64,000 bases of DNA from assembly GCA_963667175.2 (NCBI GenBank), contig CAXXXF010000011.1, forward strand, positions 32,001-96,000, read 5' to 3'. Every line of letters begins with the position of its first letter. The stretch's first letter is position 1. This DNA comes from Candidatus Latescibacterota bacterium. Its GTDB lineage: Bacteria > Latescibacterota > UBA2968 > GCA-2709665. A program made the position numbers and the translations under genes. This document shows positions 47,485 to 58,800 of the stretch, piece by piece. Below the pieces are notes generated by a model. That model saw only the letters and a program-made list of their open reading frames with translations, was not told the origin of the DNA and ran no database searches.

Positions 47485-48831
47485 CTATTGCCAGCCCGGC
47501 CCGCCCCCGGCGACGCGGTTCGTCCCGACCAGCGGGAGATTGCAGATCATGGACGCTTCGGAAGTCAGCGCCCGCATGTCTTCCGGCTCCAGATCGTGTA
47601 CGTCGGCCTTGCCGCATGCGCGCGCCAGAATCTGAATTTCCGACGTCATGGCCTGCAGCAGGTTGGCCACGCGCTCAGCCGCTTCGTCCACATGGAGGCG
47701 CGCCATCAGATCCGGGTCCTGCGTGGTAATTCCCACCGGGCAGCGACCGGTATGGCAGTGATGGCAGCGATACGGCTCGGCGCCCAGCGCCCGGTAGTCG
47801 TCCACGTGGATCGGCTTGTTGCAGTTCAGCGCCATCAATGCCGCCGTGCCGATGTATACCGCATCGGCGCCCAGTGCCATCGCCTTGGCGGCGTCGACGC
47901 CGTTCCGGATGCCGCCCGCGATGATCAGCTGCACCTTTCCGTACATTCCGATATCTTCGAGCGCCGCGCGCGCTTCGCAGACCGCCGCCAGCGTGGGAAT
48001 GCCCGTATGCTCCTGGCAGATTTCCGCGGACGCCCCTGTGCCGCCCTCCATGCCGTCCACGACGACCACGTCGGCCCCGGCCTTGGCCGCCAGGCGAACG
48101 TCGTCGAACACCCGCGTGGCGCCCATCTTGACAAATATGGGGACCTGCCAGTCCGTGGCCTCGCGAAGCTCTTCGATCTTGATGATCATATCGTCAGGAC
48201 CCAGAAAATCCGGGTGCCGCGCCGGACTCCGCTGGTCCACGCCGAGGGGAAGGTCCCGCTGCGACGCCACGTCGCCGAGCACCTTGGCGCCCAGCAGCAA
48301 TCCCCCCGTGCCGGGCTTTGCGCCCTGTCCGATGGTGAGTTCGATCCCGTCGGCAACGCGGAGGTCGTGCACGTTGATACCGTACCGGGACGGCAGAACC
48401 TCGTAGACCAGCACCTTGCTTTCTTCCCGTTCCGCCTTCAACATCCCGCCGTCTCCGGTCGTGTTGGAGGATCCGACCATGTTGGCGCCGCGAGCCAGCG
48501 CCACCTTGGCGTTGTAGGACAGCGCGCCCCAACTCATGCCGGTGATCATGATGGGTGTATCCAGCACGATGGGCTTTTCGGCGTAACGACCGCCGAGTAC
48601 CGTCTCAGCCGAGCAACGCTCCCGGTATCCCTCCAGCGGAATTCGCGTCAGCGTACAGGGAATGAAGGTCAGATCATCGAACGTGGGCCACCGCCGCTCC
48701 CGCAACGTGCCGAACCCGCGAATCCGGTACCGGCCCAGTTCGGCCTTCACCTGGATGTCTTCGATCACGGCGGGCGTGAAGGTGCCGCTGGCCTGCGCCG
48801 GATGAAAGCTCCCGTTTTGATCTTCCACCAT
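47485..48831 (-). CDS. FMN-binding glutamate synthase-family protein (MgsC/GlxD-like)
   Basis: GMSWGALS, TTGDGG, GQGAKPGTGG, RSPARHPD, CHHCHTGRCPVGITTQ. Confidence 0.9.
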   Translation of the reverse strand: MVEDQNGSFHPAQASGTFTPAVIEDIQVKAELGRYRIRGFGTLRERRWPTFDDLTFIPCTLTRIPLEGYRERCSAETVLGGRYAEKPIVLDTPIMITGMSWGALSYNAKVALARGANMVGSSNTTGDGGMLKAEREESKVLVYEVLPSRYGINVHDLRVADGIELTIGQGAKPGTGGLLLGAKVLGDVASQRDLPLGVDQRSPARHPDFLGPDDMIIKIEELREATDWQVPIFVKMGATRVFDDVRLAAKAGADVVVVDGMEGGTGASAEICQEHTGIPTLAAVCEARAALEDIGMYGKVQLIIAGGIRNGVDAAKAMALGADAVYIGTAALMALNCNKPIHVDDYRALGAEPYRCHHCHTGRCPVGITTQDPDLMARLHVDEAAERVANLLQAMTSEIQILARACGKADVHDLEPEDMRALTSEASMICNLPLVGTNRVAGGGPGWQ

Positions 48832-48905
48832 CGTTGCCCTGTTCGGATTGAATGCGGATCCGGACGCCGCCGCCGGCATGCGCCGACAGATCTTGCCGTT
48901 CAGCC

Positions 48906-49601
48906 TTACAACGCTTCCCGCCAGACCGCGCGCTCGTCCTTGTCGAAATTCCAGAGCTTGCGCCCGGCCACCACTTTCTTGAACGACGTTACGTCCTGCT
49001 GCTTGTCCAGATGTTCCTGTATGGAAGCGCTCAGAAAAGCGAACTCGGCCTCGCCGGGCGTTTCGACCACCGCGTCGTTGCCGAGTTCCGCGATCTCTCC
49101 GCCAACGAAACATTCGGTCTCGTACATCGAATCGGCGAAGGCGTCGCCGGTGTCGCCGCAGACAACAATGCGGCCCCTTTGTCCCATGAAGCCGGCCATA
49201 TACCCGCAATCCCCGCCGACGACGATCAGCCCGCCCTTCATCGCCACGCCCAGCCGGGCCGAGGCGTGACCCCGGACCACCACGGTCCCGCCGCGAATGG
49301 ACGCCGCGGAACCGTTGCCCGCGTTGCCGTGCACGATGACCTTCCCGCTCATCATCGACTCCGCCAGGCCCCATCCCGCGCTGCCCTTCACCTCCACGGT
49401 CGCCCCGTCGATCATCCCGGCGCAATAGTATCCCACGCTCCCCTCCAGCGTGAGATGGACCGGATCCAGGAGCGCCACGCCGAGGTTGTGCCGCGCGCCC
49501 GGATCCAGGACACGCACTTCGCCTTCCCCCGCGGCAACGAACGCCCTGATCTCCCGGTTGATCTCCCGCGTCGTCTTCCCGTTGCAGGTCAGTTGCGCCA
49601 T
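48906..49601 (-). CDS. GXGXG-domain protein (MgsB/GlxC-like)
   Basis: PGARHNLGV, GSVGYY, ESMMSG, RKLWNF. Confidence 0.88.
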   Translation of the reverse strand: MAQLTCNGKTTREINREIRAFVAAGEGEVRVLDPGARHNLGVALLDPVHLTLEGSVGYYCAGMIDGATVEVKGSAGWGLAESMMSGKVIVHGNAGNGSAASIRGGTVVVRGHASARLGVAMKGGLIVVGGDCGYMAGFMGQRGRIVVCGDTGDAFADSMYETECFVGGEIAELGNDAVVETPGEAEFAFLSASIQEHLDKQQDVTSFKKVVAGRKLWNFDKDERAVWREAL

Positions 49602-50494
49602 AGCCGCATGTCCTTGGCACGGGCTTCAACCACGTCGTAGTCTCCATCGAGGGCCGAACGGAACGCGATCTCTTCCGTGGCCACCGCCGCAAAATCTGCC
49701 GTTTCCGCAAAGAGCAACGGCTTGAACGCATAGGGGTCCCGAACGAAGCCGACGGCGTAGGGTGTGGCCACCAGATAGCTAAACGAGCCGTCCAACTCTA
49801 CCAGAGAGGCGGCCATCGCCGCCTCCAGGTCCTTTCCGTCCGCAAGTTTCCGGCGCAGGTACATCCCGATGATTTCGGAGTCGTTCTCTGTATAAAACCT
49901 TGCGCCGTCCTGCTCGTAGATGCGGCGCAACTTGTGATAGTTGGTGATGTGCCCGTTGTGGACGATGGCAAGGTCGGGATGTCCGTGGGCCCAGAAAGGC
50001 TGGGAGTGGCTCAGATCGATCCGGGACTCGGTGGAAAGGCGGGTATGGCCGATGCCGTGCGTCCCTTCGAAGCAGGAAATCCGGTAGGTCTCGTCCAGGT
50101 TACGCGGAGATCCGACCTGCTTTACGATTTCCAGCCGGCGCCCCATGCTCACCACCTCCACACCCTCGCCCGCGCCCTCGATCGCCTGCTCGAGCGGTCT
50201 CGTTTCTCCTCCATTCGCGAGAACCAGACGCAGGTACTCCGCCGTGCGGGCGTACTCTGAAACCGCGCCGAATGCCTCCGCCCGCGCGACGACCCGCCGT
50301 GCGGTCGCCTCGTAATCCGCAGACTTTCCCAGACTCACGCGCAGCACCAGACGCCCGTCCTGTCCTTCGCCATACAGCGCCACGCCTGCCGAGTCCGGCC
50401 CGCGGCAATCCAGGGCGCCAAGCATTTTCAGAATCGTCCGTCCGAGCCCGCTGGTATCTTCCTGCCGGTTCAAGAACCCCACGATGCCGCACAC
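49589..50494 (-). CDS. Class II glutamine amidotransferase (MgsA/GlxB-like)
   Basis: (M)CGIVG, RGPDSAG, GHTRLSTES, VHNGHITN; GTG start at 50494. Confidence 0.88.
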   Translation of the reverse strand: MCGIVGFLNRQEDTSGLGRTILKMLGALDCRGPDSAGVALYGEGQDGRLVLRVSLGKSADYEATARRVVARAEAFGAVSEYARTAEYLRLVLANGGETRPLEQAIEGAGEGVEVVSMGRRLEIVKQVGSPRNLDETYRISCFEGTHGIGHTRLSTESRIDLSHSQPFWAHGHPDLAIVHNGHITNYHKLRRIYEQDGARFYTENDSEIIGMYLRRKLADGKDLEAAMAASLVELDGSFSYLVATPYAVGFVRDPYAFKPLLFAETADFAAVATEEIAFRSALDGDYDVVEARAKDMRLWRN

Positions 50495-50609
50495 TGTTTT
50501 CTTCTCCGGAATGACATAAAAAAACCGTACCAACTTCGGTGAAGCGGGTACGGATGATCGCACGGTACAGGCGAAAAGTCAAGCCAAAACCTGGTTGGCG
50601 TCGCGTCCC

Positions 50610-51950
50610 CTATCGCGCAGCCCCGCAGCACCGCTTGAATTTCCGGCCGCTGCCGCAGGGACAGGGCTCGTTCCGGCCCACGCTTCGGGCCCGGGAGGCC
50701 GCCCGTCGGGATTCCCTGGCCCGCACCCAATGCATCACGTTCGCCGCGGGCCGGCCGGCCGCCAGCTCTTTCGCCATCATTTGCATGTAGGGGTCCACGT
50801 GGCCGAAGAACGTCTTGTATCCCGTGCAAAGGTAGTTCAGCCCCGCCTCTCCGTCGGGCGTGTGGATGAACCGCTGCTTGGGGCACCCGCCGTTGCACGC
50901 GAAACGGTAGTCGCAGGCCCTGCAATACGCTGGCAGGGTATCGTGCTTGTCGGACCCGAATTTTTCCTGCAGGGGGCTGTCCACCATCTCACGGATGCTC
51001 TTTTCACGGACGTTGCCGAGATTGTACTGCGGATAGACGAAGTGATCGCAAGAATACAAATCGCCATTGTGTTCGATGATCAGCGCCCTGCCGCACTTTT
51101 CCGCGAAAATGCAGAGGCTGGCATCCTGCCCCATCCAACTTCCCAGCGCGATATCGAACATCTGGACGAAATACCGGCCAACGTCCTTCCGGACCCATTC
51201 GTCGAAGACGGCGCAGAGGAACCTGCCGTACTGCGCAGAACCCACCGACCACTTCGAAACCCGGGCCCGCCCATCGAACTCAGGCGCCACAAGCTCCAGG
51301 AGATCGTCACCGGGGGTGTCCGCGATCCGTTCCACGATCGGGATGAACTGCATGTAGCGGCTCCCGATGGACTTGAGAAAGCGATAGACTTCCAATGGGT
51401 ATCCCGCGTTATGGGCCTGCAGCACCGTAAGTGTATTGTACTCCACCCGGTGATTCTTCAGGACGTCCAGGCCCGCCATCACGCGGTCGAACGTGGGCTT
51501 CCCTCCTTTGTCCACACGGTACCTGTCGTGCATCTCCCGCGGTCCGTCCACGGACAATCCCACAAGAAACCGGTGTTCAGCCAGAAACTCCCCCCACTCG
51601 TCGTCGAGCAGGATTCCGTTGGTCTGGAACGCGTTCGTGATGGTCTTGCCGTTGGCATACCTCGCCTGAAAGTCCGTGGCCCGCCGGTAGAAATCCACGC
51701 CCATCAGCGTGGGTTCGCCGCCCTGCCAGGCAAAATGCACCTCCGGGACGTCCTGCGCTTCGATGTAGAGCCGGACGTACAACTCCAGCGTGTCGTCGTC
51801 CATTCGCCAGTTCCCGCCGGCGTCCGGATACAGCTTTTCCTTCTCCAGGTAAAAGCAGTACTTGCAGTCGATATTGCAGACCGCGCCGGATGGCTTTGCC
51901 ATCACGTGACAGGCCTCGGCGCGTTCGATGGTCGTTTCATCGATTGCCAT
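50610..51950 (-). CDS. Anaerobic sulfatase-maturase-like radical SAM/SPASM protein with a C-terminal SEC-C motif
   Basis: CNIDCKYC, WQGGEP, YSCDHFV, CRAC..CNGGCP, GRNEPCPCGSGRKFKRCC. Confidence 0.92.
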   Translation of the reverse strand: MAIDETTIERAEACHVMAKPSGAVCNIDCKYCFYLEKEKLYPDAGGNWRMDDDTLELYVRLYIEAQDVPEVHFAWQGGEPTLMGVDFYRRATDFQARYANGKTITNAFQTNGILLDDEWGEFLAEHRFLVGLSVDGPREMHDRYRVDKGGKPTFDRVMAGLDVLKNHRVEYNTLTVLQAHNAGYPLEVYRFLKSIGSRYMQFIPIVERIADTPGDDLLELVAPEFDGRARVSKWSVGSAQYGRFLCAVFDEWVRKDVGRYFVQMFDIALGSWMGQDASLCIFAEKCGRALIIEHNGDLYSCDHFVYPQYNLGNVREKSIREMVDSPLQEKFGSDKHDTLPAYCRACDYRFACNGGCPKQRFIHTPDGEAGLNYLCTGYKTFFGHVDPYMQMMAKELAAGRPAANVMHWVRARESRRAASRARSVGRNEPCPCGSGRKFKRCCGAAR

Positions 51951-52009
51951 TTCGGCGATCCGGATTGAAATGCGACGGCCTGTGGCCGACGTACGCTGCA
52001 GGAACCCGT

Positions 52010-52855
52010 CTACGCGTCGGCCAGTGCGGCCGAGTCGAACGTGCGCACGTGTGCGTCGCCGCCTGCCACCGTACCCTTCCAGGCGTAGGGGTCTTCTCCC
52101 GCGACCATCACGATGCCCCGGTAATCGGCGCGCGCCATGCGTCCGTCGACCGGCGTATGCCATGGGAGAAGAGAGTAAGCGTTCATATAGTGATTCACCA
52201 GGACCCGCCGGAACCGGTCCGACCGGTTCTTGCGGGACCGGTGCAACAGATATCCATTGAAGAAGACCACCGCGCCGGCTCGACACACCACCGGTATTTC
52301 GCCATGATCGTCGAAGCCGTAGGACTCCTGGGCGGAGTCGAACTCCTCGGGCCGCCCGTGCGAACGCTGGGGATACAGATAGCCGTTCCGGTGGGACCCC
52401 GGCAGGACCCACATGCACCCGTTCTCCACGGTCGCGTCGTCCAGCGCGTACCATGCGCCGGTAAGGCTTCTGTCGCGCGTGGGGATGTACACCTCGTCCT
52501 GATGCCAGGCCTGCCCGGGAAACCCGGGCGGCTTGATGAACAGCATGGTCTGCATGCACTTGACGTTGGGCGCCACCAACCCTGAAAGCGCTCTGGAAAC
52601 CCCCTGATGTGCGAGGGCCCTCCGCATGAACGGACTGATGCGGTGCGGCTGGTGGATGCACAGGTATTGCGAGAGGGCCGCTTCGTCGGACATCGCGTTG
52701 GGTACCGGCTTCAGATTCTCGCTCTTGTAAGCTCCGCGACAGAGCTTTACGGCGTCCATACGAATCGCCTCAACGTCCTCATCGCTCAACAGACCTTCCA
52801 CGACCAGAAACCCCTGTTCCCGAAAGGCCTCGACCTGCGTTTGCGACAATTTCAT
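52010..52855 (-). CDS. PhyH-family dioxygenase
   Basis: KPPG..WHQD, LPGSH, LLHRS..N. Confidence 0.9.
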   Translation of the reverse strand: MKLSQTQVEAFREQGFLVVEGLLSDEDVEAIRMDAVKLCRGAYKSENLKPVPNAMSDEAALSQYLCIHQPHRISPFMRRALAHQGVSRALSGLVAPNVKCMQTMLFIKPPGFPGQAWHQDEVYIPTRDRSLTGAWYALDDATVENGCMWVLPGSHRNGYLYPQRSHGRPEEFDSAQESYGFDDHGEIPVVCRAGAVVFFNGYLLHRSRKNRSDRFRRVLVNHYMNAYSLLPWHTPVDGRMARADYRGIVMVAGEDPYAWKGTVAGGDAHVRTFDSAALADA

Positions 52856-52902
52856 AGCGGGGCCCCGCGTGCGCATCGGTATCCACTCACTCAACTTTCT
52901 GA

Positions 52903-52931
52903 AAAATAAGCGCGATCCGGTCGAATGTCAA
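52903..52931 (-). promoter_or_regulatory. Putative sigma70 promoter heading the long minus-strand gene run
   Basis: Minus strand TTGACA-17 bp-TATTTT. Confidence 0.5.
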
Positions 52932-53011
52932 TGCCGGTCGCCACGTGCGCGTTGCTGCGCAGCCCGCGGGTCTCTATCCGGACCTGGTGTCCCGCCCAAG
53001 AGTACCTCACC

Positions 53012-54148
53012 TTAACGGCCCGTTGAGGATCTCACCCGGTCGTACAACGTCTCCAGCCGCCCCCCTTGTTTCCGCATATCGTGTGCGTCTTCGACGTGCG
53101 CCCTGCCCCTCGCGCCCATTTCCTCCCGTAACCGGCTGGACTGCAGCAGCGCATCCAGGCCCTCGGCCAGTCCGTCCACGTCCCGCTCCGGGTACAACAA
53201 CGCGCACCGTCTGTCGGGCGCTACCGTTGGGATGTCCGCGTGCAGAGACGATACGATTGCCACCCCCGAGGCCATGGCCTCGATCAACGCCACGGGCGCG
53301 CCGCCTTCGGTATCGCCGTCAGCGGCGGTCACGCTGGGATACAACAGCACGGTTGCCCGTGCGAGTTCCTCCAGACATGCCCCGTGGGGCAGCATTCCCA
53401 GCAGGGCGACCCGGTCGCCGAGCCCGAGTCGGAAGATTTCCTTTTCCACCTCCGATCGCAGTTCGCCGTCGCCGATAATGCGCACCTTCAGACCGGGATG
53501 CGATCCCAGGATCTTTCTGCATGCTCGGAGCCCGTAGACGTGTCCCTTTTTCTCCCTGAAGTTGGCGTACATCAGAACCACCGCCGCCTCCCTGGCTTCT
53601 GGCGGCGCCTGTGCGACCTTCCCCAGGTCAACGCCCAGGCGGTGAAGTTGGACCTTTTCGGGAGGGCAACCGATGGATACGAGCGATTCGCCCATGTGCG
53701 GACCCTCAACCAGGAAGAGTTCTCCCTCGCGGAACAGCCGCTGAAACCTCCGTCTCCACAGCCGCTTCCGGGGAAGTGCCGAAGCATCCATCCCGTAGAA
53801 CGTGGTGACCATCGGAACCCCGGCGCCGCGGCGCGCCGCCAGACAGAAATAACCCTCCTGCCCGAAATGGGCGTGGATGATCGCGGCCCGTTCCTCCCGA
53901 AGAATTCCGCCGTATCCGGCGTACGTTCCCCGGATCTTGCGGACGACCCGGTAGGCGGACCGGCGCAGCCGGGACAGATCTTCGCTGGAATAGAGCGTCT
54001 CAACGGGAAATACGTCCTCGTTCCGCCGGGCCCGCGTCAGCACGACGGGTCGATATCGCGACAGGCTGCGAATCTGGTCGAAACACCAGACCATGGTCAG
54101 GGTCAGAAACGGATTTGCGCAGTGCGCCACCGTCGGCTTTTCCGGCAT
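53012..54148 (-). CDS. Glycosyltransferase family 4 (WcaL-like)
   Basis: IHAHFG, REKKG, DGDTEGGAPVALIEAMASG. Confidence 0.9.
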   Translation of the reverse strand: MPEKPTVAHCANPFLTLTMVWCFDQIRSLSRYRPVVLTRARRNEDVFPVETLYSSEDLSRLRRSAYRVVRKIRGTYAGYGGILREERAAIIHAHFGQEGYFCLAARRGAGVPMVTTFYGMDASALPRKRLWRRRFQRLFREGELFLVEGPHMGESLVSIGCPPEKVQLHRLGVDLGKVAQAPPEAREAAVVLMYANFREKKGHVYGLRACRKILGSHPGLKVRIIGDGELRSEVEKEIFRLGLGDRVALLGMLPHGACLEELARATVLLYPSVTAADGDTEGGAPVALIEAMASGVAIVSSLHADIPTVAPDRRCALLYPERDVDGLAEGLDALLQSSRLREEMGARGRAHVEDAHDMRKQGGRLETLYDRVRSSTGR

Positions 54149-54237
54149 TGACTACCTCTCACGATGAAACTGATGCACGTTGCGCACGAGGCATCTCGAA
54201 TTCTCCGTCGGCGCGTGTTCACGCTACGACGAAACAC

Positions 54238-54266
54238 TTGACACCCCGCGCCGCATCGCATAATAT
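54238..54266 (+). promoter_or_regulatory. Putative sigma70 promoter of the rhamnulokinase gene
   Basis: TTGACA at 54238, then CATAAT/TAATAT at 15-17 bp; AAGGAG RBS downstream. Confidence 0.55.
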
Positions 54267-54320
54267 CGCAAACGGTCAACTTCCGCACAACGCGATGATG
54301 GCAATCCGGAAGGAGTCGCG

Positions 54321-55811
54321 ATGCCCCAGACCTACCTCGCGTTCGATCTCGGCGCGTCCAGTGGACGGGCCGTGATCGGCCGCTTCGACGGAAACGTCGT
54401 CGAACTCGAGGAAATCCACCGTTTCGCCAACGGTCCGGTCTCCGTTGCGGGCGGGCTGTATTGGGATGCCCTTCGGCTCTATGAAGAATTGCTCGCCGGG
54501 CTTCGAAAGTGCGTGCAGGTCTCAGGACCGGAGCTCGCGGGCATCGGCATCGACACCTGGGGGGTGGATTTCGCACTCATGGACGCCCGAAACGAACTCC
54601 TGGGGAATCCCCGCTGTTACCGGGATCCGCGCGTCCAGGGGATGATGGAAAGGGCGTTCAGCCGCGTCTCCCGGGAGGAAATCTTCGAGCGGACCGGTCT
54701 GCAGTTTCTGGAAATCAACACACTCTATCAGCTGTTGTCCATGGCAGAAAAGAACTCGCAACACCTGCGCGTAGCCCGCACGTTCCTGATGATGCCCGAT
54801 CTCTTCAACTTCTGGCTGACCGGGAGAAAAGTCTGCGAATTCTCGAACGCCACCACAACCCAGTTCTACAACCCGAGAAAGGAAGGTTGGGCGACGGACC
54901 TGTTGGAACTGCTTGAGATCCCGGCAGACATGCTTCCCGAAATCGTCCCGCCGGGAACGCCGCTGAGCCCACTTCGTCCGGAGATTGCAGCGGATGCCGG
55001 CATCCGGTCCGGCGACGTAATCGCCCCGGCGTGCCACGACACCGCGTCTGCCGTGGCGGCCGTTCCCTTTTCGGACGCCGATGCGGCGTATATCAGTTCC
55101 GGCACATGGGCGCTTCTCGGCGCGGAACTGCCGGCCCCGAACGTAACCCCGGAAGCCCTTCGACACAACTTTACCAACGAGGGCGGCGTGTGCGGCGCCT
55201 TTCGCTTCCTCAAGAACGTTACCGGGCTGTGGACGGTCCAGGAATGCAGACGCACCTGGGAGAACCTCGGCCACGCCTATTCATTCGCCGACCTCGTCCA
55301 ATTGGCGGAAGCGGCGCCCGCACTGTCCTCGTTCATCGATCCCGACCATTCGGATTTTCTGGAGCCCGGGGATATGCCGGCCCGCATCCGTACGTACTGC
55401 AGACGCACAGGACAGACCGAGCCCGCCACCGAAGGCGCCGTCATCCGGTGCGCCCTGGAGAGCCTCGCTCTCAAGTGCCGCTTCGTCCTGGACGACCTCG
55501 AGTCGGTCCTCAAACGGAAACTGCACACCATCCACGTCGTGGGCGGGGGTATCCGGAACTCCCTCTTGAACCAGTTTACCGCCAACGCGGCCCGAAGGCC
55601 CGTTGTCGCCGGCCCGGCGGAGGCCACTGCCCTGGGAAATATCCTCATGCAGACCTTCGCACGCGGCGAAATCGGCTCGCTGAACGGGATCCGCGAAGTC
55701 GTTCGCAACTCCACGGAACTCGCGACCCTCGAGCCTGACGACGGCGACGCGTGGGAAGACGCGTACGGCCGGTTTCGCCGGTTGGTGAAGGACCAGACCC
55801 GAGACGTCTGA
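54321..55811 (+). CDS. rhaB: Rhamnulokinase
   Basis: AFDLGASSGR, IDTWGVDF, HDTASAV, YISSGTW, FTNEGG. Confidence 0.9.
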   Translation: MPQTYLAFDLGASSGRAVIGRFDGNVVELEEIHRFANGPVSVAGGLYWDALRLYEELLAGLRKCVQVSGPELAGIGIDTWGVDFALMDARNELLGNPRCYRDPRVQGMMERAFSRVSREEIFERTGLQFLEINTLYQLLSMAEKNSQHLRVARTFLMMPDLFNFWLTGRKVCEFSNATTTQFYNPRKEGWATDLLELLEIPADMLPEIVPPGTPLSPLRPEIAADAGIRSGDVIAPACHDTASAVAAVPFSDADAAYISSGTWALLGAELPAPNVTPEALRHNFTNEGGVCGAFRFLKNVTGLWTVQECRRTWENLGHAYSFADLVQLAEAAPALSSFIDPDHSDFLEPGDMPARIRTYCRRTGQTEPATEGAVIRCALESLALKCRFVLDDLESVLKRKLHTIHVVGGGIRNSLLNQFTANAARRPVVAGPAEATALGNILMQTFARGEIGSLNGIREVVRNSTELATLEPDDGDAWEDAYGRFRRLVKDQTRDV

Positions 55812-55819
55812 GCCGGCAA

Positions 55820-58800
55820 TCAGAACAGGCTGAGCTGGTCCGCTTTCCTTGCCCGCCGTTCCGCGGTCAGGCGCTCCCGCTTCAGGAGTTCCGCGGGAAT
55901 ATCCGCAAGGAACCGGGACGGTTCCGGACGGATCCGTTCGCCGAAACGCAACCTGCTCCGCGCACTGAGCATCACGGCCTCGTCCATCGCACGGGTCAGT
56001 CCCACGAACAGCAGCCGCCGCTCCTCCTCCGGGTCCGCGTCCGCGTGCGGAATCAGCCCCTCCTCCACGCCGCAGATAATCACCACCGGGAACTCCAGCC
56101 CCTTGGCGGCGTGCAGGGTGGACAACGTGACCGCCTCGGCCCGTGGACGCGTGGCACCGCCGATGCGTAGATAGTCTGCATCGGCGCCCAATACCAGCGT
56201 ATCGAGAAAACTTCGCACGGTTTCGAAGCCGGCCGCCATCCGCGCCAGGCGGGCCAGATCCTCATCTTCTTCCGCCGCCGCCACTTCCTGCCACGCACTC
56301 ACCAGCGCCTCGACGGATTCCGTCTTTGCCATTGTTCTGAACACCGAGGCGGCATCGTTCAGCGCCGAAACCTTCTCCCGAATGGACAACGGCAGGTCGC
56401 TATCGTCCATGCCGTCATCCGTTCGGAGGAACCGGTCGAGCGCTGCGTTTCCGGGATAAAAAACGGGGATCGCCAGCGCGCGCAACAGACGTACGCGTTC
56501 CCCGGGTCGAAACGCGTAGTTGAAAAACGCCAGCGCGTGCCGTACAGGTTCCGCCGAGAGGAACCCCTTCTGACCCACGACGCGGTATGGCAGTCCTTCT
56601 TCCACAAAACAACGCTCTATCGCCTCCGCCTGCCGGCCGGTCCTGAACAACACGGCAAAATCCGACAGGCTGCGGTCGCCCGGTCCCGCCACCGAATTCC
56701 GACCCCCGATCTCGCCGGCCTGAAGCATATCGGCGCCGCCGATCATCCGGCTGATTTCACGGACCACCGCTATCCCCTCCGCCGTCTCCCCTGGGACGGA
56801 AACCATGCGGACGGCAACGCCCTCTCCGCGAACGGCATCCAGCCGACATGCACTCCGGATCACTGACGATGCCGCATCGACAACTTGCCGCGTGGAGCGA
56901 TACGTCCTCTCCAGAACAAACGTCCGTGCGGCCGGCCTCTCCTCGCGCAGCCTGCGAAAATACGCGGGACTCGCCCCCCGGAATCCGTAGATGGCCTGAT
57001 CCGGATCGCCGATCACGAAGAGACCGCCGCCGTCGCCGCCGAGGGCAGCCAACAGTTGATACTGCACCGCATTCACGTCCTGGAACTCGTCTACGAGAAC
57101 GTGAACAAACCGGGTCCGGACCCGGTCGGAACCCTCGTCTCCTTTCCGCAGCAGGGCCAGAAATTCCAGCAGAATGTCGTCGAAGTCCCACACGCCCAGC
57201 GTACACAAGCGTTCCTGGTAGGCCTCGTAGACGTCACGCAACGCCTTCGGCGCCTCCTCCTCCGGATCGGTCTTCGCCAGTGAAATCGCCGACCGGGCAT
57301 CCCGGACGGATAGGTCGGCATCCGCATCGGCGAGGACCTCGGCCAACACCTGCGCGGCCTCCACCTCGTCGATCACCTGACGCATTTGTCCCGGACCGCA
57401 GGACCTCATCAGGTCCAGCGCCACGGCATGAAACGTCCCCAGCGTCAGCCCGTCGAGCATCGTTTCGTCCGGCAACAGCGCGCGAACGCGTTCCCGCATC
57501 TCCGCGGCGGCTTTATTCGTGAACGTCACCGCCAGGATGGACTTCGGCGAGACTTCCTTCTCCAAAATAAGGCGGGCCAGGCGGTTTGTCAGCACCCGTG
57601 TCTTTCCGGTGCCCGGCCCGGCCTCCACGATCACCGGCCCGCTGTCACAGAAAACAGCCGACCGCTGCGCCTCGTCCAATCCGCCGGGGTCCGCGGCGCC
57701 GTCTGTCCCTTGCGCTTCACCGTTCCCGCCAGATGCTTCCTTACGCTCCGGTGGCACCGCTTCCTGTTTTTCCGGCAGATCGAACAGAGCGGGTTGGCGG
57801 CTCAGGCGAGCGCGATCCTCCTCCGAGAAAACCTGGATCCGTCCGTACACACCGTCGTAGCCTGCGGCAATTTCCACCTCTCCGGCCCGCATTCGCCGCA
57901 CCCCCTCCGCCACGAGCGGCTCGCCCGCGGCGGCAATCGCCTCAGGGGACACATGGCGCAAAATGCCGAGTTCGGGCCCCAGGTCCGCCAGCAGCCGATC
58001 GTACACCCCCTGGACTCGTTTGCTGGTTGGCCCCACCCCGACCACGGATCCTATAATCTCCGGCAGCGGGATCAGGTTTTCATACGGCGGCGCCACGGCC
58101 GGCCTACCGCCCTCCTCCCGGTCCGCCAACTGCTCGACGCGGTGCAACACGCCCACGGTCAGCCGCTTGCCGCATTCCGGACACACACAATCCGCGTCGA
58201 GCGACTGCCTGGGCGCCCAGCAGATTCCGCATTTCCGATGCCCGTCCAGGTGATACTTGCCTTCTTCCGGATAGAACTCGAGCGTCCCCAGGAACCGATC
58301 GGGATCTCTGGTTTTCAACGCATCGTACATGCCCCGGTACGATAGTTCGGTGTCGAAACAGGTGGCTTCCCGCGCCAGTTTCTGCGGGGAATGCGCGTCC
58401 GAATTGGAGACGATCGCGTATCGGTCCAGCATCGACAGGCGCCAGTTCATCGGCGGGTCTGACGAGAGTCCGGTCTCCACGGCGAAGATCGCCGGCAGCA
58501 TATCCTCGAAACACTCCTCGAGCGTATCGAACCCGGAACTGGCGCCCAGCACGGCGAAATGGGGCGTCCAGATATGCGCCGGAATGAACAGCGCGTCGTC
58601 GGCCGCTTCCATGCAAATCTCGACGAGGTCCCGGCTGTCCAGTCCCAGGATGGGCCGCCCGTCCGATCTCAGGTTTCCGATGTCACCCAGCCGCGCATTC
58701 AACCGCTCCACCGCCTCGAAACCTGGCATCAGAACGACGTGGTGCACTTTGCGGGTCCTGTCGTTCTTCTTGTAGATCACGCTGATCTCGGTGGACAGCA

